A DNA stretch of 52,464 bases. It comes from a virus (taxonomy: Duplodnaviria; Caudoviricetes). This document shows positions 9,444 to 18,692 of the stretch, piece by piece. The notes under the pieces were generated by a model. It was not told the origin of the DNA. It made no database searches and worked only from the letters and a program-made list of their open reading frames with translations. The position numbers were made by a program, and so were the translations under genes. Numbering within the stretch: the stretch's first letter is position 1; each line of letters begins with the position of its first letter. The stretch spans positions 1 through 52,464 of IMG/VR virus record IMGVR_UViG_3300048999_000016; one strand, 5' to 3'.

Positions 9444-9679
9444 AATTAGGCGACCGGCAAGACATTCCGCGCGAAATTCCGATATTAAACAACACGGTAC
9501 AACGTGCGTTGGTTATGGCACTATTTTCCGATCCACTGTTACGTGAAACAATCTGCCGTACTTGCCTCAGTTGCTTTAATTGGGCACATGAAGAAGAAAC
9601 ATGCAAATTATACAAGCAACGGCCACCGGCAAAGATCATTGCTAATGGTTGCGAAAGTTACGACGATTTGCCATTCTAG
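9440..9679 (+). CDS. Small Cys-rich phage protein
   Basis: TCLSCFNW...C..Y..RPPAKIIANGCESY..LPF. Confidence 0.7.
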   Translation: MKLGDRQDIPREIPILNNTVQRALVMALFSDPLLRETICRTCLSCFNWAHEEETCKLYKQRPPAKIIANGCESYDDLPF

Positions 9680-9695
9680 AAAGGAAATTCCCGAA

Positions 9696-9989
9696 ATGCG
9701 TGTTAATATTTATGCTGAAGAAATGACCAATCGTGTTGAAATCATCGAAAAGGTAATCGATGGTCGCACGTTTACCGCAGTTCGTTTTTATCTTGAACTG
9801 CCTTGCACAATCCCGGCAACCGCGAGCACGGCTGACAAATTTGAAACGGTCAACGTTCGTGGTCCCTTTATACATCGTCCCGGTGATGATGACTCCGGTG
9901 CTGTTACGTTTTGGGGCAAGCAAGATTTGCGTCCATTGTTACAAAAAGCAATTGTGCTATTAAACGAACATTACGCAAAACCACGGTGA
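9696..9989 (+). CDS. Conserved hypothetical protein
   Basis: RBS AAGGA; MRVNIYAEEMT...GPFIHRPGDDDSGAVTFWG. Confidence 0.7.
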   Translation: MRVNIYAEEMTNRVEIIEKVIDGRTFTAVRFYLELPCTIPATASTADKFETVNVRGPFIHRPGDDDSGAVTFWGKQDLRPLLQKAIVLLNEHYAKPR

Positions 9990-10283
9990 ATGATGGAACG
10001 CGATAAAAAATTTATTGCCGTAATCGAAGAAACAACAAAAATGGCGGCACTGATTCGTTTAATGGACGATGACGAATTAGGGACGTTGTTTATGACGTGT
10101 CTTGCGGCACAGCCAATCTATCCCGATCAAAAAGCACCGGATGCACAAGTTAACAAAATCATTGTCACAATTACCGGTGAATTAGTGTATCGGCGTAAAT
10201 TTCACGGTGAGTTACCACGTGATGAAAACGCGGAAGAATTAGTAAACGAAATCCGCAAACAACAACCGCCACCAATCATGTAA
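9990..10283 (+). CDS. Hypothetical protein
   Basis: 97 aa ORF in the operon. Confidence 0.55.
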   Translation: MMERDKKFIAVIEETTKMAALIRLMDDDELGTLFMTCLAAQPIYPDQKAPDAQVNKIIVTITGELVYRRKFHGELPRDENAEELVNEIRKQQPPPIM

Positions 10284-10297
10284 CAAGAAAGGTTACG

Positions 10298-11170
10298 ATG
10301 ACTGATAACGTGCATTTGGTAGTTACAGACAAAGACGGCACGGTGCTCGACATTACCGGCAGTCTAGATGCGGCGCTGATCACTAAGACCGCGCCCGTAG
10401 TTACGCCACCGGTTGTCACGCCGCCCGTAGTTACACCGCCTGTTGTAATTGTGGGTGCTCCGGTGATCCCTGCCGATGCACACCGCGAAAACATGCTGAC
10501 AAAGAAATGGAAAGGCAACCACGACGCCGGTACTGGCGGCACCGCAAGTGGTACATCGTCGTACCCTGAAACGTCACCCGATGGTCGCGCTAACTGCCTC
10601 AAGTACGATTTCGATACCAACGGCGGAGGAATGATCTATCACGTGTTGGCACTAACTGCCGGTGCATCGAAGTTCAACAAAATTTGTTATCGCAAGCGCG
10701 AGCGCAAAACTGATCCCGGCGGATGGAAGACAATCAATCAAGTAGAAACCGACGTGGAAATGACCGATATTAAAACCGGTATTCCCACTGATCTTGCGAT
10801 GCAGCAATCGGCAACCGGTGGCAACGGTGAAGAAGTTACGATCAATCACCATTGGACACCGACCGGCGTTAAGATCAATCCACAGTTACGTGATCCGAAC
10901 GCGTGGCATCTCACCGAAAACTACATGACGTTGCACGCTGACAAAACCATCACGTATGATTTTGTGGCGTTCGACAATGTTCTATATCCCATCGGCAAGG
11001 TAGGATTCCGTGTAACCGATCAGGATTCTACACCGTGGGGTTTGGACGAAGCCAACGTGCAAGCGCAATACAACGGTATTGCCGGTGCGCAACATCACAC
11101 GGTATTTCTTGATATATTTGAAATTGTGTTCTGGTATGACCCAACGGTGGATAGTGTCAAAGCCGCGTAA
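10298..11170 (+). CDS. Protein with (VVTPP)n linker and ConA/LamG-like beta-sandwich domain
   Basis: RBS GAAAGG; three VVTPP repeats; beta-rich domain with ETD, WTPTGV, WHL, YDFVAFD and QAQYNG landmarks. Confidence 0.65.
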   Translation: MTDNVHLVVTDKDGTVLDITGSLDAALITKTAPVVTPPVVTPPVVTPPVVIVGAPVIPADAHRENMLTKKWKGNHDAGTGGTASGTSSYPETSPDGRANCLKYDFDTNGGGMIYHVLALTAGASKFNKICYRKRERKTDPGGWKTINQVETDVEMTDIKTGIPTDLAMQQSATGGNGEEVTINHHWTPTGVKINPQLRDPNAWHLTENYMTLHADKTITYDFVAFDNVLYPIGKVGFRVTDQDSTPWGLDEANVQAQYNGIAGAQHHTVFLDIFEIVFWYDPTVDSVKAA

Positions 11171-12176
11171 CAAAGAAGACAACACGTTATTGCAAGCGTT
11201 ACGTTTTATCAGTGTTGCACAACGCGCCACTGGTACGACGATGCAAACCCATTGCGGATTTCACAATGGGTTTGCATACGCTTGTGATAGTACGATCACG
11301 GCGGCATATCCGGTGCCGGATTCGTTCGACGTTGCATTGCACACCGGTTTGTTGTTCGCTGCTGTCGAGCGTGCGCAGGGTCCAGTCACATTCTCGCAAG
11401 CGAAAAACGGCCAGTTCATATTCCGCGCTGACGGCTACCTGCCGGGCATGGGAGACTTCAGGGCATACATTCCCACACTTGAGCGCTCCGTGCTCCCTGT
11501 GAGCCTGCCTGACGCGAATATAGCCGCCTTGGATGACCGATTCAAAGAGGCTTTGACGGCCGTTTCTCCGATCGCCACGGAAAAGAGTCTCCAGATCCCC
11601 TGCGCGTCGTTTCTGATGACTCCCGGCGCGCTCGTGGGCACCAATTTTGAAATGATGATGGAAGCATGGCACGGCATTGCATTGCCAACCGGCTTGATTC
11701 TATCGAAGGATTTTGCAACCGCCGTGTGCAAGCAAACAATGCCAATCACCGGCTTCGGTTTTAGCGACAACAGTGTAACGGTGTACTTTGGTGATGCGTG
11801 GATTAAAACGCAATTGTTCGCGCCAACGTTTGAAGGAAAACCGTCATGGCCCGATCCAGAATCATTCTGGAAATTAAAACAACCGAAACAGTTGCAAGAT
11901 ATACCGGCTGGCCTGTGGGAATGCATTGATGCTGTAGCGCCGCATTGCGAAGATGACACGGTGTACTTTATTGATGGTTGCGTATCATCTGCGCACAAGA
12001 TCGCCGAAAAGGGCGCGAGCATCACACTCGACGGCATACCGCCGCGCTCTGCGTACAAGATCAAAAATCTTAACTACATGCGCAAGTATGCGAAGCGTGT
12101 AGAGTGGCGCAAGGATCACGCTCTATTTTTCGGCGATAGCATGCGCGCAATTGTCATGGGACGCACGAGTGCTTGA
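11154..12176 (+). CDS. DNA polymerase processivity factor (beta-clamp-like)
   Basis: Probable GTG start (MSKPRNKEDNTLLQALRFISVAQ..QTHC); about 340 aa directly upstream of PolA; ends FFGDSMRAIVMG. Confidence 0.7.
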   Translation: MSKPRNKEDNTLLQALRFISVAQRATGTTMQTHCGFHNGFAYACDSTITAAYPVPDSFDVALHTGLLFAAVERAQGPVTFSQAKNGQFIFRADGYLPGMGDFRAYIPTLERSVLPVSLPDANIAALDDRFKEALTAVSPIATEKSLQIPCASFLMTPGALVGTNFEMMMEAWHGIALPTGLILSKDFATAVCKQTMPITGFGFSDNSVTVYFGDAWIKTQLFAPTFEGKPSWPDPESFWKLKQPKQLQDIPAGLWECIDAVAPHCEDDTVYFIDGCVSSAHKIAEKGASITLDGIPPRSAYKIKNLNYMRKYAKRVEWRKDHALFFGDSMRAIVMGRTSA

Positions 12177-14217
12177 ATTTTGGGAAGAATACGTTACAAC
12201 TTCAAAGCACACGAAACGTGCATTGTCGCGTGTGCCACCACCTATACCAGAAACCGGTTGGCGGCCTGATACCACATTCCCGAACCTGAGTGCAGCGGTT
12301 GCGCTCGGCTTCGATTTGGAAGTAAAAGAATATGATTTGGAACATGGTCCCGGTTGGGCGCGCGGCCAATCGCATATTGTCGGTGTTGCTATTACGGCGT
12401 TTGCGTCAAACGGTGAACGAATTAGACGGTATTATCCGGTTCGCCATGAAATCGAACCGGAATTTAACATCGAAACAGCGCGAGTGTTTAATTACACTGC
12501 TGAAACGTTCAGCCGCAATATCCCTGTATGCGGTGCGAATCTTATCTACGACGTTGGAACCGCCGCCGCCGAGGGAATAACAATCACCGGCGAGTTACAT
12601 GACTGCCAATTTGCCGAACCGCTGTTACATGAAACCGGTGAAGTAAATTTGGATTTTCTCGGCCTAAAATATCTAGGCGTTGGCAAAGATGCAAACGAAT
12701 TACAAAAATGGCTTACCGAGGCATACGGTGATCGTGGCGAACGCTGGCGAGAAAATATATATCGATGCTCGCCGCGTCTTGTGGGTCCATATGCAGAGCA
12801 AGATTCCGAAATTCCGTTCGACATAATCAATAAGCAAATTCCACGGTTACAAAACGAAAATTTATATCAGCTATACCGCATGGAATGCGATTTGATTCGG
12901 CTGTGGGTACGCATGCGGTTTGCCGGTGTCCAGATAGATTTGCCGTATGCCCACAAGCTGTACGGCGAAATCTCCGGCATGATTGACGAGTTACGCACGA
13001 ACCTGCGCAACATGACCGGCGTGGATGTGGACGCGACAACGCCGACCGCGCAAGTTAAACAAGTGTTCGATGCGGCAGGGATTCCATATCCTTACACGGC
13101 ACCATCGAAGAATTTCCCACAAGGGCAACCGTCGTTCGTTAAGGAATGGCTTGCGGCCCAAACGCATCCCGCCGCTGAATTAATTCAGCAAATACGCGAG
13201 CATGAAAAGATACGAACGACGTTTATTAAATCCTACATTCTGGAAAACCACGATACGGCGGGAAAAATACACGGTGAATTTCATCCGCTGCGCGCCGACA
13301 ATGACAACGCAAAGAGTAAAAGCAAGGGCACACGCTCCGGCAGATTGTCATCCGCACATCCAAATTTGCAGAACATACCGGTGCGCACCGAACTAGGGAA
13401 GAAAATCCGCACGGCATTTGTTGCGGATTACGGCCATAAGGCATTTCTAGAATGTGATTATTCGCAGTACGAATACAGGCTACTTGCACATTTCGCGGTT
13501 GGTCCCGGTAGCGACGAACTGCGCGCGAGTTATTGCAATAATCCGTTGATGGATTATCACGATAACATGCAGTCAACGATTTTCAATAAAACCGGAAAGC
13601 AGTTAGAACGTAAGCCGGTCAAAACTATCAATTTTTCGTTAATGAACGAAATGGGTGAACGGGAATTGGCCCGGCGTCTCGGCCTACTCGACAAAAACGG
13701 CAAACCGAACGAACAATGCATTGCACTGTTTCAGGCATACCACGCCGGTGCACCATACGTTAAAGCAACATCGCGCGCGGCACAGGACGAGGCACAGGCA
13801 CTCGGTTATGTGACCACGATATTAAATCGTCGAAGCCGGTTCGATCTATGGGAACCACGTGAAAAGAATTGGGAAGAACCGGCGAAGCCGCTTTCGTATC
13901 AGTTTGCGTTACGTGAATACGGCCATGACATCATACGCGCAATCGTCCACATTGCATTAAATCGCAAGTTGCAAGGTAGCAATGCCGATGGTATGAAAAT
14001 GTCGCTATGGCTCGCGGATCGCGCGGGAGTATTCAGAGTAATTGGTGATCCACGAATCACGGTACACGATTCGCTTGGATTCTCACAGATAGATGACTCA
14101 CCACCACAGATGCAAGGATATAGTGAACTGTTTCACATCATGGAAACGGCGTTACCGTTGCGCGTGCCTGTGCGTGTGGATCACAAAACGGGTGCTAATT
14201 GGGGAGAGTGTGCATAA
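12169..14217 (+). CDS. polA: Family A DNA polymerase with 3'-5' exonuclease
   Basis: ExoI FDLE, ExoII NLIYD, ExoIII YAEQD; TRSGRLSSAHPNLQNIP; motif A DYSQYEYRLLAH; motif B RKPVKTINFSLMNE; motif C VHDS. Start could be TTG 12151 instead. Confidence 0.95.
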   Translation: MLEFWEEYVTTSKHTKRALSRVPPPIPETGWRPDTTFPNLSAAVALGFDLEVKEYDLEHGPGWARGQSHIVGVAITAFASNGERIRRYYPVRHEIEPEFNIETARVFNYTAETFSRNIPVCGANLIYDVGTAAAEGITITGELHDCQFAEPLLHETGEVNLDFLGLKYLGVGKDANELQKWLTEAYGDRGERWRENIYRCSPRLVGPYAEQDSEIPFDIINKQIPRLQNENLYQLYRMECDLIRLWVRMRFAGVQIDLPYAHKLYGEISGMIDELRTNLRNMTGVDVDATTPTAQVKQVFDAAGIPYPYTAPSKNFPQGQPSFVKEWLAAQTHPAAELIQQIREHEKIRTTFIKSYILENHDTAGKIHGEFHPLRADNDNAKSKSKGTRSGRLSSAHPNLQNIPVRTELGKKIRTAFVADYGHKAFLECDYSQYEYRLLAHFAVGPGSDELRASYCNNPLMDYHDNMQSTIFNKTGKQLERKPVKTINFSLMNEMGERELARRLGLLDKNGKPNEQCIALFQAYHAGAPYVKATSRAAQDEAQALGYVTTILNRRSRFDLWEPREKNWEEPAKPLSYQFALREYGHDIIRAIVHIALNRKLQGSNADGMKMSLWLADRAGVFRVIGDPRITVHDSLGFSQIDDSPPQMQGYSELFHIMETALPLRVPVRVDHKTGANWGECA

Positions 14218-14444
14218 TGCAATACACGTATTGCCGTGCCTGCGGCCAGCCAATTAAATCGGATAATCGAAAAACAAAGCCGGGTGAGTATGAGCACGCG
14301 CGCGGCTGCCCTAACGATCACAAGCCAACAAAGCCGGTGCCCTTGTTAGTCGGTGGTGGCACTGCGGTGCCGGAAGGTGGCGAGTATGGCGCGGCTGGAT
14401 TAGGTAATCCGCCGCCTGTGCTGCCATCTAAGCCGCCCAAGTAA
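14217..14444 (+). CDS. Small Zn-finger-like protein overlapping the tail tip gene end
   Basis: TAATG coupling to polA; CRAC...HARGC. Confidence 0.4.
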   Translation: MQYTYCRACGQPIKSDNRKTKPGEYEHARGCPNDHKPTKPVPLLVGGGTAVPEGGEYGAAGLGNPPPVLPSKPPK

Positions 14445-17038
14445 TTGCCGTTCACGTCGTACTGCCCTGTCTCCGGAATAATCGCGTGCGTCAATACATC
14501 GCTATCGTGGGCATAATAACGATCATCATAGTTAACAACTTTGATTTGTTGCAGCATTTTATCTTGCGGCTGATTATCGTTAATGAGAAATGCACGGTTA
14601 CGTGTATCGCCGGATGACACGATATAAAACGCCGCCTTTGCGAAGTTGCGCGGATCGCTGGAAATCGCTTGTGAAAATGCACTGCCGAGGATCACCGTGC
14701 GTGCATCCGGTCCCGGCGTGATTGGGTGACTCTCCAGCGAACCATCCGGCATCTGTACCCAAATGACGTACGATCCACTTGAGATATTCACCGGTTGCGA
14801 TAGCATGAGCGCCAAACCATTCATGCCTATAATTTCGCCGTCAATCGTATCCTGTCGCGTATTGTCGGCAACTAGCACCCGCTCATTAACTACGCACGTC
14901 GAAGCCTCGCGCGTCGCATTAAACTGCACGATAGTGTTCTGATACAACATTTTCTGATAAAGCCGCCACGCGAGCAATAGTGCCTGTGTGGTATTTCGCA
15001 CGCCAATGGATGTAATTTTCTTTGGATTTTTCGCCGATCCGTCGCGCGGGAAATACAACGTTTGCGCCGTATCTACATTGGGGTAGTTACTCGCGTTTGG
15101 GTTGACGTAATCGTACGTGAGTCCGTCGTTATTTTCGGGAAGTCCAAATGTAACTGTTCGTGTTTCGCTATTCGGTTGTTTGTTACGGTGATTGAAAAGA
15201 AGAGTAGCATCGCTCGATTTCTGTTCAAAGGCAAGCGAAAGGATATTACCACGCCGGTACGCCGTGCAACCAACTGCCGCCGCAATATCGCCGACAATTT
15301 CTTCAAACGACCGATTTGTATCGTCATAGGTATAACAAAACTCCGTCGCTAATTTTGTTCCGAAATACCCTTGAGCTTGTGCCACAGCGCCGTGAATTCC
15401 TGCGGTATCGATCTCAGATAAAGCGCGATTGCCGATGTACGGGTCCAGTGCCAAACCGCAAAGAATATCCGCCGCATTATTCGTTCCTTTCGCTGCTCCA
15501 AATGTACTGCCGTTCCAGATAGGAAAACGCCGTGTAACTAGCAGGTTTAATTTCCGTTCCTTTTCCGACAATGCCGCCTGTGTCGCATACGTCATTGTTT
15601 GAACGGTGGTGACGTTGCCAAAATGTGCAACTGTAACCGGTGAAATTGCAAATAGGTCAGCCCATTGCGTTTGGTCGGATACCTGATCGTTCTTGTCTAT
15701 CTGCATGTTGGTAGTGCGACGCGCACGCACAGATACCGGCCCGGTTGTGGGCAACACGCATTTGATCGTAACAGCACGTGTGTTGCGGATCGTCGCCGAT
15801 CCCGGCACCACGCCGTTGTAATACAATTCGCTTCCGATGATATGACCGTTAGCATCCAACGCTGTCACGCCGACTTGTACGCCGACATCTACGCTATGCT
15901 GGTTGCCGTCGCCATCTAAGAAATAGGCACCATTGGGTGCAACGAAATTTGCCCACACTTCGGCCAGCGTGCCAACGTTCAAGACAAACGGGCCAATCCA
16001 TTGCACGCCGGTAGTGGCGATGGTTGGTGATTTGAAATCGGTGGAACCTAGTTGTGCATTTGCGTTGCAACCGGCGATTTTATTCCAATCGGGATTAGTT
16101 ACTCCCGGATTTGCAAGGATCACTGTATCCGATGTGACCGATAGCACGGTAAACGTGCCGTCAAGATTAAACGAAATGCCATTCTGAGTATTGGCCGAAT
16201 TGGTGATTGCAACTTGACTATTCGGCTGGAAATACTGCGTCAAATCAACCGCGGAATTGTTCGTATTAATCGAATCAGGATAGATGAAACGAATATTGTT
16301 GTTGCCCTTGACGATGTTGGCATTGGGTGCAATAAGTAACTGACCGTTCACTAAATCGAGCGGTTGTGCCGAAACTACTTTGCGCCCGATTGGTGAACCG
16401 ACAACCATCTGCGGCACACCACTGTTAGGTGACGTGTTAGGACCATACACGGCAACTGACGTGCCGGTGATCGCCGTCACTGAATTATTGGTGTAGTTCG
16501 CCGTGTTGTCTTTTATATCGTGGATGTCATACGCGCCACGACCGATGCACATATAACTGATTTCCACTTCTTGCGAATTGATATATTCCTTGTACGGTGT
16601 CACGATTAAATCGGGAATGCTTCGCACCGTACCGACAATATCCGGAATACGCTCGCCCAACCGTGCCGTATTCTGACGGCCAGTTAGCGCGTTATTTGGT
16701 GACGCCTGCGATTGATTCGGCGGCTTAGGACGCAACAGAAACGATAGACCGATGGAAATTGCACCGATGGCAATTGCAACAATGATGCCGATAGTTATCG
16801 GGTCATGCGGGTATGTAACTACCCAAAAATCGCCGGCCAAATTTCGCAAGTAATCAATGCCTGCCTCATCGTGCGGAGTGACATCGTGCTCTAGATCGAT
16901 GCTGCCGTGATACAGCTTGGCATCCGTGGGCATTTCAACGAATTCGTTACTGAGAAATGCACAAATATCCTCATCGGTGACGTGGGTAGTCCACGCCGTA
17001 GCGTCGAGTGGATCAGCACAAACCGTAATTCGATTCAT
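14318..17038 (-). CDS. Tail tip / host-specificity (lambda J-like central tail) protein
   Basis: SPNNALTGRQNTARLGERIPDIVGTVRSIPDL, LLFNHRNK, VNYDDRYYAHD; last gene of the tail module. Confidence 0.88.
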   Translation of the reverse strand: MNRITVCADPLDATAWTTHVTDEDICAFLSNEFVEMPTDAKLYHGSIDLEHDVTPHDEAGIDYLRNLAGDFWVVTYPHDPITIGIIVAIAIGAISIGLSFLLRPKPPNQSQASPNNALTGRQNTARLGERIPDIVGTVRSIPDLIVTPYKEYINSQEVEISYMCIGRGAYDIHDIKDNTANYTNNSVTAITGTSVAVYGPNTSPNSGVPQMVVGSPIGRKVVSAQPLDLVNGQLLIAPNANIVKGNNNIRFIYPDSINTNNSAVDLTQYFQPNSQVAITNSANTQNGISFNLDGTFTVLSVTSDTVILANPGVTNPDWNKIAGCNANAQLGSTDFKSPTIATTGVQWIGPFVLNVGTLAEVWANFVAPNGAYFLDGDGNQHSVDVGVQVGVTALDANGHIIGSELYYNGVVPGSATIRNTRAVTIKCVLPTTGPVSVRARRTTNMQIDKNDQVSDQTQWADLFAISPVTVAHFGNVTTVQTMTYATQAALSEKERKLNLLVTRRFPIWNGSTFGAAKGTNNAADILCGLALDPYIGNRALSEIDTAGIHGAVAQAQGYFGTKLATEFCYTYDDTNRSFEEIVGDIAAAVGCTAYRRGNILSLAFEQKSSDATLLFNHRNKQPNSETRTVTFGLPENNDGLTYDYVNPNASNYPNVDTAQTLYFPRDGSAKNPKKITSIGVRNTTQALLLAWRLYQKMLYQNTIVQFNATREASTCVVNERVLVADNTRQDTIDGEIIGMNGLALMLSQPVNISSGSYVIWVQMPDGSLESHPITPGPDARTVILGSAFSQAISSDPRNFAKAAFYIVSSGDTRNRAFLINDNQPQDKMLQQIKVVNYDDRYYAHDSDVLTHAIIPETGQYDVNGNYLGGLDGSTGGGLPNPAAPYSPPSGTAVPPPTNKGTGFVGL

Positions 17039-17379
17039 CGGAAGAATTGATAATCCTTAAATCCGTGCGTTGCTACATTCAACGGTTGCAATGATGCACC
17101 GGTTTTTTGCAAATGGAAAATCTTATCGTACCAATAAATACCAATGTGCATTTCGCCGGTAGACTTGCGCATTAAACAAAGACACGGCGTGACTGGCTGC
17201 CGCAACCGTACCACATATTTAACATGGCTCGGCATCACCTTTCGAGTTGCCGCTTCCATAAGGCCATGCAGTCTATCTGAAATATCTTCGCCGGTGAGAT
17301 GTGCCCACACTTCGCGCACGAAATGGAAACAATCGTACACGTTGCGCACATACACACGATCTATAAATTCATCTGTCAA
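17035..17379 (-). CDS. NlpC/P60-like tail tip assembly protein
   Basis: YDCFHFVREVW...HIGIY...IFHL; canonical position. Confidence 0.8.
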   Translation of the reverse strand: MTDEFIDRVYVRNVYDCFHFVREVWAHLTGEDISDRLHGLMEAATRKVMPSHVKYVVRLRQPVTPCLCLMRKSTGEMHIGIYWYDKIFHLQKTGASLQPLNVATHGFKDYQFFR

Positions 17380-17734
17380 AAAAGTGGTCCCCTATTGCTT
17401 CGCCAGTTGCGTCGCCGAATTCTTTCGCCTCTTCGCCAATTTCATGCAACATCTTATGCCAAAAATGCGGCCGATTTTCATTCAACGTTGTCAGATATTC
17501 TTCGCACGTTGCGCGTGCTTCATCGCGCGTGCTCACTGTCGGACCTAACGGCATGCCGCTGGTGCCTGACTTATTCAGTTGCACCATTGAAAATGCGCGC
17601 CAACCGCTGAGTGATTGCCGGATAACCTGCGCCACGCGTAAGCCTTTATGTAACAACCATTGTGACACGGTGGCGGATTCTTCATCGGGCCACCAACCAT
17701 CTTTCGGCATGTTGTCATCGTTAATCGTTGTCAT
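17369..17734 (-). CDS. Hypothetical protein inserted in the tail tip operon
   Basis: 121 aa; overlaps both neighbours by a few bases. Confidence 0.55.
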   Translation of the reverse strand: MTTINDDNMPKDGWWPDEESATVSQWLLHKGLRVAQVIRQSLSGWRAFSMVQLNKSGTSGMPLGPTVSTRDEARATCEEYLTTLNENRPHFWHKMLHEIGEEAKEFGDATGEAIGDHFFDR

Positions 17735-18243
17735 AGCAACCCATTTAACATCGGAAATCGATCCAGCGTGTATGTTTCGCCTGTTTCAGCCGTGTTTAAT
17801 TGTGGCGCGTTCGCCGCAATTGTGGAACCTGCCTTAGTGAACGAAATGTTATCTGCAAGAAACGTCACCGGGCCATACATCGGCGCGTTCAAGTTATCCG
17901 AACGATACGACCGGAAAATGACCATCGGTTTAAGTACAAAATTGCTTGCCGCTGCAATTCGATCTAGTTCCATCGGCAACACTGATCCTAGATCGCCTAA
18001 ATCGATTTGTAACTGCTGATCTAGTGTTGTGTCTGATCCTTGCCGTGTGATCTTTGCTGGATAGTATTGAAACGCCTGCATAACTCCATTTTCCAGCCGT
18101 GCCGTAATTCCACCGGTAGCGTTGCGCACAAAGAAGTAACTACGCGAAAAATTCACGTGCGATAGTTGAACCGTTTCCAGTTCGATAATGCTGGAAAACG
18201 AATTCAGAAAAAACGATTTGTATTGCGCGCTGTAATCGCTCAT
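17731..18243 (-). CDS. Minor tail protein (DUF1833-like)
   Basis: FFLNS...ELETVQLSH.NFS..Y..VRN, TGETYTLDRFPML. Confidence 0.82.
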   Translation of the reverse strand: MSDYSAQYKSFFLNSFSSIIELETVQLSHVNFSRSYFFVRNATGGITARLENGVMQAFQYYPAKITRQGSDTTLDQQLQIDLGDLGSVLPMELDRIAAASNFVLKPMVIFRSYRSDNLNAPMYGPVTFLADNISFTKAGSTIAANAPQLNTAETGETYTLDRFPMLNGLL

Positions 18244-18692
18244 TCGCCAAATGTCGCTATCTGCTCGGCATCGTCGTTTGGATCAGTTGCCACCGGCCAT
18301 ACATACAACGTTGCTTGAACCACGTACTGTAACCCTTGTTGTGACGCAAGTTTGAACGATCCCTTTTGAAATTGACATTGATGTGTTTCGGTCGGATCGC
18401 TGGTATCTATCGGCATCGCCAGCATGAACGGTGTTAACGGCGTACCATTCTTGCCGATCACCGTACGATAAAACGCACGCAAGTAGTTATAACCGCGTGG
18501 TCCCACCGTCCACCGTACAGATACAATATCAATCGTGCCAAGCAAATCGGCCCGTTGCCGTGGCGCGCCGCCGTCAAGTGCAGTTTCAACAATGCCATCG
18601 TCGGGCTGATCGCTGAAACCTTGCGAGTCCGGTGGTAGCGCAAGAATCGGTAATGCACCGGCAGTTGCCGGATTCAACGGGAGACTAGCCAT
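18240..18692 (-). CDS. Distal tail protein
   Basis: LDGGAPRQRADLLG...V.W....YNYLRAFYR; follows the tape measure gene. Confidence 0.8.
   Translation of the reverse strand: MASLPLNPATAGALPILALPPDSQGFSDQPDDGIVETALDGGAPRQRADLLGTIDIVSVRWTVGPRGYNYLRAFYRTVIGKNGTPLTPFMLAMPIDTSDPTETHQCQFQKGSFKLASQQGLQYVVQATLYVWPVATDPNDDAEQIATFGE

Noticed and set aside
12169-14217. Z-genome or other base-modification system suggested by the odd polymerase
   Set aside because: I recognise no PurZ, dNTPase, queuosine-pathway, thymidylate-synthase-like or glycosyltransferase gene, and restriction-site avoidance suggests unprotected DNA.
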